Assembly: GCF_964355755.1 (NCBI RefSeq)
Contig: NC_092680.1
Span: forward strand, 9,734,001 to 9,798,000
Length of the DNA stretch: 64,000 nucleotides
DNA from: Antedon mediterranea
Taxonomy: Eukaryota > Animalia > Echinodermata
Direction of reading: 5' to 3'
Program-made: the position numbers and the translations under genes
The notes under the pieces: generated by a model
Databases searched by the model: none
What the model was told of the DNA's origin: nothing
The model's input: only the letters and a program-made list of their open reading frames with translations
Shown here: positions 14,601 to 26,025 of the stretch, in pieces
Position numbering within the stretch: position 1 is the first letter of the stretch
How the letters are laid out: each line of letters begins with the position of its first letter

Positions 14601-15237
14601 GAACCATCGTCTACACTTCCTAGAGGGGGAGCGAGCAAAGTGAATAACAATTAAATTCAATTATAGATTGAAACAAGATCCATATTGTAAGATTGTTATT
14701 ATGACTAATGTGTTTGTTTTGAGTGAATCACATCGTCCTTCTAAAACCTTTTTACCCGAGTCATTATCATTCCGAGAACCATCGTCTACACTTCCTAGAG
14801 GGGGAGCAAGCGAAGTGAATAAAAATTCAATTCAATTATAGATTGAAACAAGATCCATATTGTAAGGTTGTTATTATGACAAATGTGTTTGTTTTGAGTG
14901 AATCACAGTCAGCAAACTGAAATAAAATCAGTGAATGGAACAGTTAGTAAATCATACAGATGTAGTGAACTAAGCAAATACACTAATCTGTGTAGGTACT
15001 GTATAAAAGAAATCTTCAAAGAAGATGTATGAGGTCATCTCCCAGAAAATATTTTAAAGATAACCCCTTTTCTTAAATCCATTAGGCGTCCCTCTGAATA
15101 AATTATAAATTTTCCTGAAATACTGTTATCATTACTGGTTAACTTACTGTATTATAAAATTCAGCAACTCCAGGTAAAATGCTATAATTACTTTCACACC
15201 AATCAATTGTAGAGCTCCCACGCTTCACAGACTCCAT
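2670..15237 (-). CDS. ACER2: Alkaline ceramidase (ACER1/2-like, CREST superfamily), 4 coding exons, 266 aa
   Basis: Exons 15148-15237, 7468-7724, 3181-3318 and 2670-2985. All introns are GT-AG and the phases join (801 nt). Motifs: N-terminal IDWCESNY...AEFYNTVSN, SSVYFH (SxxxH), GQLLDELSI and LHCFWH (HxxxH), plus multiple hydrophobic helices. An acceptor at 15259/15260 implies a further non-coding 5' exon. The symbol reflects family membership; orthology is untested. Confidence 0.93.
4294..4535. mobile_element. MITE with ~25 bp TIRs
   Basis: TAATAGGGACTTTACAAAACACGAC at ~4294 and GTCGTGTTTCGTAAAGTCCCTATTA ending ~4534 are reverse complements. Confidence 0.7.
4612..7309. mobile_element. Foldback-type non-autonomous DNA transposon with ~520 bp inverted arms enclosing a minisatellite
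   Basis: 4612-~5130 is the reverse complement of ~6786-7309 (termini ATAGTAGAGCAGTTAA / TTAACTGCTCTACTAT). No transposase ORF. Lies in ACER intron 2. Confidence 0.85.
5505..6398. repeat. Minisatellite, ~30 bp unit (consensus ~AAGACCATCCACAGACAAAGAAGGGGTGT)
   Basis: Roughly 30 degenerate tandem copies are visible. They account for the repetitive ORFs at 5416-6402. Confidence 0.95.
9021..13841. mobile_element. Large foldback element with ~1.2 kb inverted arms; right arm interrupted by a later insertion
   Basis: 9021-~10260 is reverse-complementary to ~11110-11290 plus 12771-13841. Termini TACTCTAGTAGC / GCTACTAGAGTA. The mirrored ORFs 8983/13697 and 9018/13674 are its two arms. Confidence 0.88.
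11291..12770 (+). mobile_element. Non-autonomous Helentron/HINE (DINE-like) element
   Basis: 5' palindrome AGGTTATATGCAT-gat-ATGCATATAACCT (11293-11321); 3' subterminal repeat ATGCATATAACCT (12726-12738); hairpin AATTCGTCA-tag-TGACGAATT (12741-12761); CTAGT end; inserted in a T-run with no TSD; internal (TTTA)n. Confidence 0.75.
14119..14304. mobile_element. Tc1/mariner (pogo/Tigger-like) MITE
   Basis: Perfect TIR CAGTCAACTCTCCCAATACCGGAC / GTCCGGTATTGGGAGAGTTGACTG with TA on both sides. Confidence 0.85.
14558..14907. repeat. Tandem duplication of a 175 bp unit
   Basis: 14558-14732 and 14733-14907 are near-identical (start TCGTCCTTCTAAAACC, end GAGTGAATCACA). A separate ~36 bp tandem duplication lies at ~14389-14461. 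Confidence 0.9.
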
Positions 15238-16849
15238 AATGTTTTGATGAATATGTAACCTGTAGAATAACATTTATTTTAAATGGTTTATAAAATAGTA
15301 ATAGTGTCTTTTTTTTAAATGAAAACACTCCTGTGAATTTCTGTTATATGACCAATGGCTTTATATCCTATCTGACAGAAAATAAGACGCAAGCAAATGT
15401 AACCCAAATTGAGCAACTAAGATTTGAATGTGGCAATTGGCAATTCCACTAAAGTAACAGTCTAATAATGTGAAATTGTCTGTGTGCAATATTCCTCATG
15501 GAATTCGGAATGTATTTTAACAGGAAATGCAAATACTGGACAAGAATATAATATTTTCTATTCTTACTGAATATAGCAGTATTAATGCTGAACTACAGTA
15601 GATAAAATAGACGTCAAAAACTATATTTGTAATAAATCAAACAGATTAATGCTGAAAAGGAACTCGCATATGAATAAAACAACATGCTAGAAGTAGACAT
15701 GTTTCAAATTTGAAAAGTGCACAAAATACTATGAGAAATTACTAAAATTGGCAACATGAATGCATGCCTAGAGAAAGATGTTAACATCAGTGTTAGTTAT
15801 GATTGCTTCTATTTTTATACTTACTTAATATAGTGAAACATGCTTGCTATCATACCATTACATAATTTATTATGATGATATTATTACTGTACCTACAGTA
15901 CAGTACAATACAGTAAAATCTTGTCCTATGATGCAAAGGAGCAGCATAAATGTATTTGAGCATTTTCATACAGCTTCCAACAATGCAGGTCAATTTATAA
16001 TTAATGATTATTTGAAGGGACATTTAATATTAATTGTTCTCATAATCAGTTATCAATATTTTATTTTTTTAGGGTTTAATATAACTCAACTAGAATAATG
16101 GATTGGCCTTCAGGCTAGGCACCATCACTTGTCAATTATGTACACAGTTCAGTGGGCAATGAACACATTGTATAAATGAAAGTCAATGCAAACATTCTCG
16201 TCCATTTATTATTGTAATAAATATTATATACTCTCAATTTTAATTGTATCAAGATTTCAATCACTATCCTACTCATGGCAACCCTGTTCACAAGAAAAAG
16301 AGTGATATGGCCAAATATGGTAGTGAAACTGTATGCCCAAATAAGGTAGAGATATGACATCATCATGTCCATATTATGGGCACACATTGATAGTGTAGAC
16401 TGAGCTTTAGACAAGTATTTGGGAGTAGAGTTTTTTTTTTGTCATTGAAGAAAAAATCTGGCATTGGACTTTAACCCAAGACCCGAGATCATATAAAGCA
16501 CCAAGCAAACTGCACTCTAATAAAAAATTAGACATACTGTACTGTACCGCTTCTAATGGATTGGAAGTGGAATAAGTCAAAAAAAAAATTAGAAAAACAC
16601 TACATATAAATAAACAGTAAAACGTTTATACAAATAACAGGGTAGGTTCATAATAATTCTCCTAAAAAGTTCATGACCATGCATACCATGAAAGGAAGCT
16701 TTTCTTTGTTTGCCACAGCAATACCTGACTCATGGACAGCAGTCTTGTGGCTAAGGCGGCTTGCCTCATACAGAGAGTAGAGGTAACGACACAGTAGGAT
16801 AATTATAATATCCTACTGTACCTTGATAGGTAGCACTATTAAACTAGGA

Positions 16850-17697
16850 GTGAGCTTTAACCTTAATCCATATTATATCATGGATTGGTAGCTTCTTACT
16901 TAGATAACGTGTGTCAGTATCTGAGACTCTATCAGATAAACGTATAACGAATGTCGGTACTCCGCAGGGTTGCGTTCTTTCGCCTTTATTATATTTGTTG
17001 TATGAATGATTGTACTATAAATCTAGTAATCCAACAAACAATTATATTTTGAAGTATGCCGATGATTTAATGGGTTTATTTGACAGGAGTTACAGTATGA
17101 TCAGTCACTGTATAGAAACTCAGTGGATGCATTTGTCTCATTGGTGACGTGTAGATAATCATTTACAGTAGTTAACGAAAATAAGACCAAAGAAATTATA
17201 TTTGACTTCAGAAAACATTTTAATCACTAAAAATAAGGTTGAAATTGATATTGTATGTATCTAAGTATAAATATCTAGGCATGGCAATTGGAAACAAACT
17301 TAACTGGGGCGAACAATGTAATTTAATTAGGTCTAAACAAAGGTACAGTACAATACAGTACTGTAGGTCTTTTTTAAAGTCGGTTATGGAACGTGTTTTG
17401 ATATGGCTGTTTGGTGTGGTTCAGTAGCTCTAGGAAATAAAATTTTTAGTAAATAAGGTGTGTAGAATTATTAATAATCAGACAATTTTAATCGATGATG
17501 TTTGTAATGTTAAAGTTTATGAAAAGTTAGTAGCATAATGAAAGAAATGCCCATCCACTCCATAGTAATTATCAATGGTTAAGATATTTTTTTATTTTTC
17601 TGTGTTACTTAACCTTCAACAATTTTGAGCAATTGTACAGGTATGTCAACATGAATTTCCTTTGGAAAAATAAAATGAACTATGAACTTATGAAATT
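16850..17697 (+). mobile_element. Decayed non-LTR retrotransposon reverse-transcriptase fragment (Rex1/Babar- or CR1-like)
   Basis: Frameshifted remnants translate to GTPQGCVLSPLLYLLY, KYADD, NENKTKEIIFDFRK and YKYLG...KLNW. Ends in AATAAA plus a short TGAACT-type repeat tail. Confidence 0.8.
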
Positions 17698-18003
17698 ATA
17701 TTTAAATGTTGCAATTTGTAGTCAATGCTCATAACCTCAAATTCAATGTGGTTGAGAAATTCACCAAAGATTACAATCTTTTAATGATTAACATTTTGAT
17801 TCAAAACATTGTATTGGTCCACTTTAAAATGGAAATTTGTTTTACTTGGCATAATTAAGACAATAAAAAAAACTAAGAAAAATACAAAAGGCAATGTTAA
17901 AATACTATTTATAGGCCTATGTTAAAAAAATGCAGATAAACTCCACACAAGGACATTTCAGGTCTGGTCTGGACTATGGGTTTCATAAGTGTGTGTACTG
18001 TAG

Positions 18004-19808
18004 GGGTGTTTCAAAACTAGAGACCCGAGACCAGAGACCCGAGACCCTATACGAAAAGGGAGACCCCACTATACGAAAAGGGAGACCCCAAATATATGAA
18101 AAGGGAGACCCCAAATATACGAAAAGGGAGACCCAAATATACGAAAAGGGAGACCCAAATATACGAAAAGGGAGACCCCAAATATACGAAAAGGGAGACC
18201 CCAAATATACGAAAAGGGAGACCCCAAATATACGAAAAGGGAGACCCAAATACGAAAAAGGAGATCCAAATATACGAAAAGGGAGACCCAAATATACGAA
18301 AAGGGAGACCCAAATGTTCGATAACTTAAATACGTCAATTTACTGTTTTTTTTACTTTCTGGTTATCTGCTCGTGGCGTTATATTGTCAGAACGGTTTCT
18401 GCCATTTTGGTGTATCGCTTTTCACAAAAACTTACAAACAAAATATTACCATGATGCTGTTTACAGTTGCGCAACGTTTCATGAATTTGCGTATTTTATC
18501 AGAATGAGAATTTTGAATTTATGAGAATAGGTTGCGAGCTTACTTATAGTTTGAGCATATGAGGTTTTTTTTTATGTATTGAATATCGTTTTTTAATATA
18601 TTCAGTTCTTTTTTTAGAGCGCAATCAAGTTTAAACTTTGTTATGTCCAACAGCCAATTCAGGCCCGTAGCCAGGGTGGATTTTTTATGGTTCGGGTGAA
18701 AGTATTTATTCTCTCGTTACTATAATCATTATATCATTACCATTAAAATTATAATTTTACATTGTTTCATTATCCACATAAGTGTACATTGATTCATAAT
18801 GAATTGATTGATTGTATTGATTGAAAACATATTTTCACAAATCATATTAAAGAAGAAACTTGATGTAAAAAAACATTGAGTAATAGCCTGGATTTATTAA
18901 TATATATTGTGAAGCTTTTAACGCTGTGTAAATAAGCCTGCAAACTCTCCTCCTACCCATCCTAGTAAAATAAAATCACTCGCGCCGCTTCCTTATAGTA
19001 AGGGCAACAAGGGCCTTGTATATAATTACTAGCCCAGATACTAGCCAGGGCGGGAGTACGTTGTTGCATTGATGAAAGTTTAGAGAATCGACTCTCAATA
19101 GGAAATAATGATATATATTTCAATCTTTTGTGTTCCCATCTATTTTTATAAAATGTAAATATTAATTAATGCAGAAAGAAGTAAAAATAGAATGTAACAT
19201 TCTCGGCTGTATATTAAATAATACAGATGTTTATATAACATCTGCTTTAACTGTGTAATGTGTCATATTGGATAATGATTGAAATTGTTCGGGTCGCCTT
19301 CATAGGGTAAACTATATTGTGTTTTGAGAATATCCCCTTCCCAGCATGCCAAGCGAGCTGCCTGTTCGGCGGAAAACAACTGTTGTGAACGTTCGAAAGG
19401 CGACCCTCGGCCGACTTAAAACACGGACTGTGAACAAAACTTTGGTTTTGAGTTTTTACAGTTAAGGCGGCTCTGGGCCGACGTAATAACTGTATATTTT
19501 AGCTTTCCATTTTCGTATATTTGGGTCTCCCTTTTCTTATATTTGGGTCTCCCTTTTCTTATATTTGGGTCTCCGTTTTCGTATATTTGGGTCTCCGTTT
19601 TCGTATATTTAGGTCTCCGTTTTCGTATATTTGGGTCTCCCTTTTCGTATATTTTGGGTCTCCCTTTTCGTATATTTTGGGTCTCCCTTTTCGTATATTT
19701 GGGGTCTCCCTTTTCGTATAGCGGGGTCTCCCTTTTCGTATAGTGGGGTCTCCCTTTTCGTATTGGGTCTCGGGTCTCTGGTCTCTGGTCTCGGGTTTCG
19801 AAACACCC
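18004..19808. mobile_element. Mutator/foldback-like non-autonomous transposon with inverted minisatellite arms and 10 bp TSD
   Basis: Ends GGGTGTTTC / GAAACACCC. Direct repeat TGTACTGTAG at 17994-18003 and 19809-19818. The ~22-23 bp unit ATATACGAAAAGGGAGACCCAA is arrayed at ~18045-18315 and inverted at ~19505-19765. Confidence 0.88.
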
Positions 19809-20290
19809 TGTACTGTAGATATGATTACACAGTACAGTAGTACCTTATGGCCATTCTTGGAAATGTTTCTGGAACTAATATGACGTCGTTAACCCCTTAT
19901 TAAGATTACATTTTGTTAAACGGATCATGATTGTGTACTGTGTCATCAAACATAATGAAAGCAATATTTCACCTGGTATGAAGTACAGTAGACTACCATC
20001 AAATATTAGGCTATAGTGAAAATAATAATAATATTTTATATTGTAATAAAATATCATTGTCATTTAAACTTGCAGGTGTGTTTTAATACCGTAACTCCAT
20101 ACACACCAGTACTGTACATAGTTTTTCATTGAGCAGCGGTGTATATCACTAACTGGTCAAGTAGTTTTATGGTCTAGTTACTTACAGTAGTATTAATAGA
20201 ATGTATTCTTTTGATTCTTATGTTTCATTGTTATGTTTTTGGATACAAAGAAGAAATGTGCCACCAATACAAAAGCACAGTACCACTATT

Positions 20291-21547
20291 AGGCCAAATA
20301 AAAAAACATACTTGTTAAGCGTCACCGCCCGCTCCTGATTATCCAGCCGCCTCTCTTTTTATTTTTATTTTTTTTTTACCGATATACAACGGAAAGTTCA
20401 GCGGCCAGGCCCAGCTCCAGAGTAGGGCTCGAAATTCACGCTAGCAAACTAGGATTTTGCTAGTAGATTCTTCATAATTGCTATTTGAAAATTTCAAAAC
20501 TAGCAAATGTTTGTTAGGCTATTGTAATTTTTGAAAAATACGTACTTTTTAGCTTAGACAACGCTAGCCGCCGATCGCTCTATGTCGACAACGGCAATTT
20601 GGTGAAAACAATTGTTTCATTTACACGCCGCCGATTTACGTCAAGGAAACGCGAATAGCACCGTGAATCATGTAATGTGGTAAACAGCAAGCTTTTTCCC
20701 CAACACATTAAATCATGTGCATTTAGTACGTCGCTGAGTATTACATCATCAGTCACGTGATTACAGAATACGCGATTATCAATTTAGGGATTTAACGAAA
20801 TAAATATTTTGCCTACACAGTGGTCGAAGCGCGTTTTTTTATAGGTTCGTAAATAGGAAACACCCCATACATAATGGACTCTACCAATTTTGTTTACGAT
20901 GATCTCGCGCTCAAGATCGGCACACCACGAGGTCCTGTTTGGCGATGGGTTTCCTTATGCCTGGTTTACCTGTGGAATAATTACATACACTTTTTGCATC
21001 ACAACTTTGCAAATACTGATTTACACAGCAATTGGCAAAGGATTCATCAAAGAAGAATGAATACGTTGAATAAAAATTCACTTAAGAAATGCCGTAAGCT
21101 GTTTTCAAACTATAAATCAGCCCACTATTTAGTATTATTGAGACCAAATCATGCTTCTCGCGATAGGGAATTTCCTGGATAGATGAGTCGAGCGAGAGAC
21201 GGCGGATGGCCGATGAGTGAGGTGGGGGTAGCACCTTGGACGGATTAGTTAGCCTAGAGTCTACAATTTCGCTTGGTGGCAATTAAATTTAATGTTTTAA
21301 TTACGTCTGGATATAAACAATACAAAACTCAATTTTGTCATAAGCAATAATATTTCATACATAGTCAATTTTGTTCTGTTTCGCATTTTAAAAGTTAGAC
21401 GTTTCGTCCTAAAAAAAGTGGGGCAAAACGTCCACCGCGCAAAAATATACCTCAATAAAAAGTAAAAAAAAAAAAAAAAACCGTCCCCCCGCCCCTGAAA
21501 ATTTATGAGGGTGTGACGCTTAACAAGTATATTTTTTTATTTGGCCT
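20291..21547. mobile_element. Non-autonomous DNA transposon, ~35 bp TIRs, 4 bp TATT TSD (Kolobok- or Sola-like)
   Basis: AGGCCAAATAAAAAAACATACTTGTTAAGCGTCAC / GTGACGCTTAACAAGTATATTTTTTTATTTGGCCT. TATT at 20287-20290 and 21548-21551. The interior is CpG-rich. Confidence 0.75.
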
Positions 21548-22217
21548 TATTAGTAGTAGCTATCACTGTCTCCATGCTTCTTCCTGGGGTTGATTTTTTA
21601 AATAAATAATTTCAATAAATATTTATAGAACATAATATTTTATACCTCCCTGATAATATGGTGACAAATTGAGCAATTATTATAATACATCCATGTTCAT
21701 ACTCATACTCTACATGATTTGCTGAAATTGTATACGGTTTATATTAGTGATATCTGATCTTTTGTTCAATGCTTACTAAATTCATTGTGTATCACCACCA
21801 TTAATATGGCAAAGGTCATATCAATTTTACTCAAATGAGTAGTAGTACAGTATCGATGAAAAAGAAAGGTAATAAAACAGAAATGGTATTAAAATAAAAG
21901 CAACTTTATACAAAATGTTCATTTAATTCAGTGGTTTTCTTTGTTGTAACAGTAGCAGTAGTAACTACAGTACATTATTGTATGTACTAGCCCTTTACTA
22001 GTTTCTTTTTATTATTTCAACTTATTCTCTATTAGTTAGTAGAGCCAGTATCTTTTTTTAAATTGAAACACTATCAAAATATCAAATTAATTTGCAGTTT
22101 TCAAATGAATTTTGTAGGTTTTCACTATCACCACTGTTTCTATTCATGATTGGCTAGTAGTACTACAGGAGGGTTTTTTTTTCGGCAGCTCCTGATAGGC
22201 CTAGGCCCCATATGGTC

Positions 22218-22799
22218 GGTAACGGGACGATTCGGCCCTGAGACGATTCAGCCCGGGACGATTCGGCCCGGGACTATTCGGCCTCGGACGATTTGGCCCT
22301 GAGACAATTCGGCACACTTAAATTTATCGGCTTTGATATGCATTTTATAAACATAAAATAAGCTTTTTCCTCAAACTTTATTTTCAGAGACGATAGGGTA
22401 GTACTACTAGGAATAAAGATACAATAAAGCAAACATTTTGAAAACATTGTCGAAAATGAAAATGATCATTTCTTAGTCACGCGAACAATGTAAACAAGTT
22501 ACGCCCTCTGTTGGCCGCTTGGCGAATGCACGAAATAAACAAGGTTTTCGAAGTAATAAATTGAATATAAAATTTCATTTTTTTAGTAATTTATTATTAT
22601 ACCAGCATTGTCAATATCAATAAAATACAGATTGTTAAACACCTTTAAAAACTTGATAATACCAAAAAAAATTAATAAATACATGAATTTGGTCTAAAGT
22701 GAGACGTTTCGGCCCACAAAGTGGGATGTTTCGGCCCAAAGGTGGGCCGAATAGTCCCGGGTCGCATCGTCTCATTCAGGGCCGACTCATCCTGGAACC
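22218..22799. mobile_element. Mutator-like MITE with ~15 bp subterminal tandem repeats
   Basis: Repeats of GGGACGATTCGGCCC at the left end and inverted copies at the right end. Flanked by direct repeat CATATGGTC (22209-22217, 22799-22807). Confidence 0.75.
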
Positions 22800-23389
22800 A
22801 TATGGTCATCGTTGGATGAGACCGTCCACTAATTTATTCATAATTTCGAAACTGGTCATTCATATGGTCAAGTTTGGACTTATTTTGAAGAGAAGAAATA
22901 GATTCTGATGATTGAGATACTGTATAGGCCTAGGTATAAATACCTCCATGGGCCTAGGCCTAGTTTTATTTCATATTATTAATATCGCATTAATATTACC
23001 ATGGAGTAAATTCTTTACTCTCGTTCGGACCCTGATATTATTAAATATTAGCTTATTAGCCAGCTAGCTAGGCCTATAACAAAATATCCTAGGCCCATTT
23101 ATCTATCTATTTTAGGCACACACTTCTTCTGCTGGAGGAAGTACATCAGCTGTACGAAATTCACAAAAAAAAAAACACAAACAAACTGGTGGATGGTCAC
23201 GTCACACTTCCCCTTTGGCCTGTCTGGTGATGAGTGTGCAGATAGAGTCGGTTCGGTACTTACTGTTTTGTCTTGATTGAAAATTATGATGGAAAAAAAG
23301 TAACTGGAGTCTGGTCAGGGTCATTAGCAGACAGAGTCTATAGAGAAGTTATTGTTATAAACATCTACGAGGAAAACGACAAATCTTAC

Positions 23390-24031
23390 CTATATTAACT
23401 CTGACAAGAGCGTGAATGAACTGTTGATTCCTCTTTGTTTAATATTAATTTGGTAAAACAACGGGCGCTAGTTCCGTTTCGCAAACAACGTGGGTGCTTT
23501 ATGTACGTACAACAAATAAACACTACCTGATTCACTCCATTGCGTTCATCATTGAAATGACGTTATATTATATGGTACGGATTGTGTACGCGTCGACTTT
23601 GTTTGTGATCACACTATATACTATAAAGAGAAATTAAAATTGTTAGATATATGATAAGTAATTTAAAATTATATTTAATTATTATTTAAATTTTGATTTT
23701 CTATTGAAAACAATTTACTATACTGGACTAATAATTACGTTTTGGAAGAGGCCGTGTATAGTTGCTTAGTGCTTGACCTTTCACCCGCTGAACGCTTTTT
23801 TTACATTCATTTTAATCTCGAAGCAGCAGCAGTAACGTCATAATTTATCGATGAAACGTTCTCTTTTTATGTTTTTCAACCTTCAATAACTTTTTAGTAA
23901 TGAGTATTTAGTATATTTTTTTTTACTTTAAAAGAAATTAATATATAATAATAGTCCGAAAACTTAGGCCTCCATCGACAAGCGAGTTTGTTTACTTTTA
24001 TGACCGAGGTTATTGCGTTTCTTGCGGGGAG
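23390..24031. promoter_or_regulatory. Probable divergent promoter region between the ACER gene (-) and the 184-aa gene (+)
   Basis: CpG-richer segment directly upstream of ATG 24032. A minus-strand GTAAG donor at ~23385-23389 could close a non-coding ACER first exon. RFX-like GTTGCTTAG at 23761. Inference only. Confidence 0.4.
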
Positions 24032-24789
24032 ATGGAAAGCAAAGATGAGTCAGAGTCTGGCCTAGATATGGTCGATAGTGACAAGATTTCAGGTGGTTAT
24101 AATAATACAAACAAGTCAAAACAAGACCTATCTAATGATAATATGATTGATCCACTATCACTTGATCCAGATGCAGTTTGTCACCAGTTGGAAAACATTA
24201 ATTTAACTGAAGAAGACACAGAAATCTTATTAAAAGATGCTTTGGAATTAAACAAAATTTTAAAAGAGCATCTTCTGAAACAAGAAGGCGGTTCTCAGAA
24301 AAAGAAATCAACAGCCAATGGAAAGAAGCCTAAGAAAGGTACTAGTTCACCAGGTGGTGACCTCCCGCCACTGGACACAAAACGGGGACTCTCTGCAGCA
24401 CAAATGAGAATTCGTCAGCCGGTACAGAGAGACAATTCTGCAAGCAAGAAGTTGTCAACAAGGTCAACGCAAAGTCCGGAGGCAAGTTTAATATAAAAAA
24501 AAAGGCTTGTATTATTATATTGCCATTATTATCTGTTGGGTCAGCATTATATATATTAATCTAAAAATGAGCCATTTTATTTTTATAAATTTAAAGGTAA
24601 AACTCATTATGTTGAAACTTCATTCTTCCAATGTTGATCTATGCATTATAGTTTTTGATTGATTAAAATTCTTTTATTTCCCAGACTAAGCCAGTCAGGG
24701 CCAAGACGGCATCATCCACTAGTTCAAGAAGAAGAAACAGCAGCAAATCAAAGGAATCTAACAAGAAGGAATGGAGCGATAGGTGGTGA
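24032..24789 (+). CDS. Uncharacterised 184-aa protein (acidic N-terminus, short coiled coil, basic Ser-rich tail ending EWSDRW)
   Basis: Exon 24032-24481 (150 codons), intron with GAG|GCAAGT donor and TTTCCCAG acceptor, then exon 24685-24789 in frame (TKPVRAKTASS...KKEWSDRW*). AATAAA at 24793. Confidence 0.75.
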
Positions 24790-25489
24790 ACAAATAAAAG
24801 CATTTTAATTATTTCATTTTTTGTAAATACACACTTGCTTTTAGAAAATAATCATATTATTAATAGTGTACATAAAAGTAAAAGTATTTTAACAATTTGT
24901 CTGTTGAGTATGTCTTATTATAATATTATATCTCCATGACTTTAATGTGCATTAATAATTTTAATTAAATGTCCAGTTTTTATTTTCCTAGTATAAATAT
25001 ATTAGTCCGCCACCCCCCCACCCCCCCCCCCCCCCCTTGTAAAACCTGTTGAATTGGCCATTTTAATGTTTAAGCAAATTCCTGTTAAAACCATAATTTA
25101 AAAAATATATGTAAGTGATATTATTAGTTTAATTTGTATAATTGTATATCTTTATTATGAAAAAATGGCTTTAATGTTTAATTTTATTTATCTTCATTTT
25201 ACAATTTATTCTAAACAAAGTAATTGTTATTTCATTTTCCTGACAATACTAGTTCTATAATTTATATATAGATAATTGTTCACTATTTAAAAAATAATAT
25301 AATTAATGTATTTCTTATTGTATACTAAAACATGGGTGAAAAATTACCATTTCTGAGAAACCTACTAAACACTCTGAGTTAATTAATGTTTTTATCTGAT
25401 TTGTGTCACATTACAGTATTAATTTTGTTATTGTCATACTACTGTCACAGGGCTTTCTATCCGAGGGCGGTATTCATTATTACTCATTA

Positions 25490-26025
25490 ATTACTCCGCC
25501 CTTAGACTTCTGTTCTGTTATCTACAACTCAATATCCCAAATTCATGCCACAAGAATCGATCGGATTCATACTAAATTCATAAAGTTCCTCGGCCCAGCA
25601 GCCGGTTCTCTCAACACCAATACATTCTTGCCAAGTACTAGACGCTCACGAACCGACATGATTTTTCTTTTTAAATGCCTAAATTCAAAGTTTGATTGTA
25701 AATTTGTCTCTCAATTTCATTTTCGTGTCCCTGTGCGTAAACTTCGTATTAATAATCTTTTAAAAGTGCAGTTTTCTCGTGTTAATGTATGTAAAAACGG
25801 TATTTTTTGTCGGGTTGCTCATTCTTATAATAGTTTAGTTCAAATGTTTCCTTACATCGATATTTTTAGTTGTAATACTTATGCTTTTAATGTCATTTTT
25901 AATAATATATAAATCTGTTTGTTCCTTGTTCTTTTTTATGTAAATCAAATGTATATTTTATGGCGATCCTGTTTTTGGTGTTTTTTCTTTACACTGTTGG
26001 ATCTTGAATAAATAAATAAATAAAT
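25490..26025 (+). mobile_element. 3' fragment of a CR1/L2/Jockey-group LINE
   Basis: ORF 25403-25912 contains LDFCSVIYN...DRIHTKFIKFL...RRSRTDMIFLFKCLN, typical of the LINE ORF2 C-terminus. Followed by an (AAAT)n tail at ~26008-26024. Confidence 0.75.

Noticed and set aside
17930-19840. Repetitive ORFs (YEKGDP/IRKGRP/GLPFRIF) on both strands
   Set aside because: Products of the 22-23 bp arrays in the transposon arms; no spacers and no coding signal.
23218-23240. CTGTCTGGTGATG, a partial resemblance to a miR-200-family mature sequence
   Set aside because: The seed does not match and no precursor hairpin is evident.
25010-25036. Poly-C tracts (also ~4491-4503 and ~55537-55558) as G-quadruplex elements
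   Set aside because: Simple homopolymer runs, common and error-prone in assemblies, with no further support.
25403-25912. 169-aa ORF as a host gene or third exon of the 24032 gene
   Set aside because: It resembles a LINE ORF2 C-terminus with a simple-repeat tail, and the upstream gene already stops at 24789.
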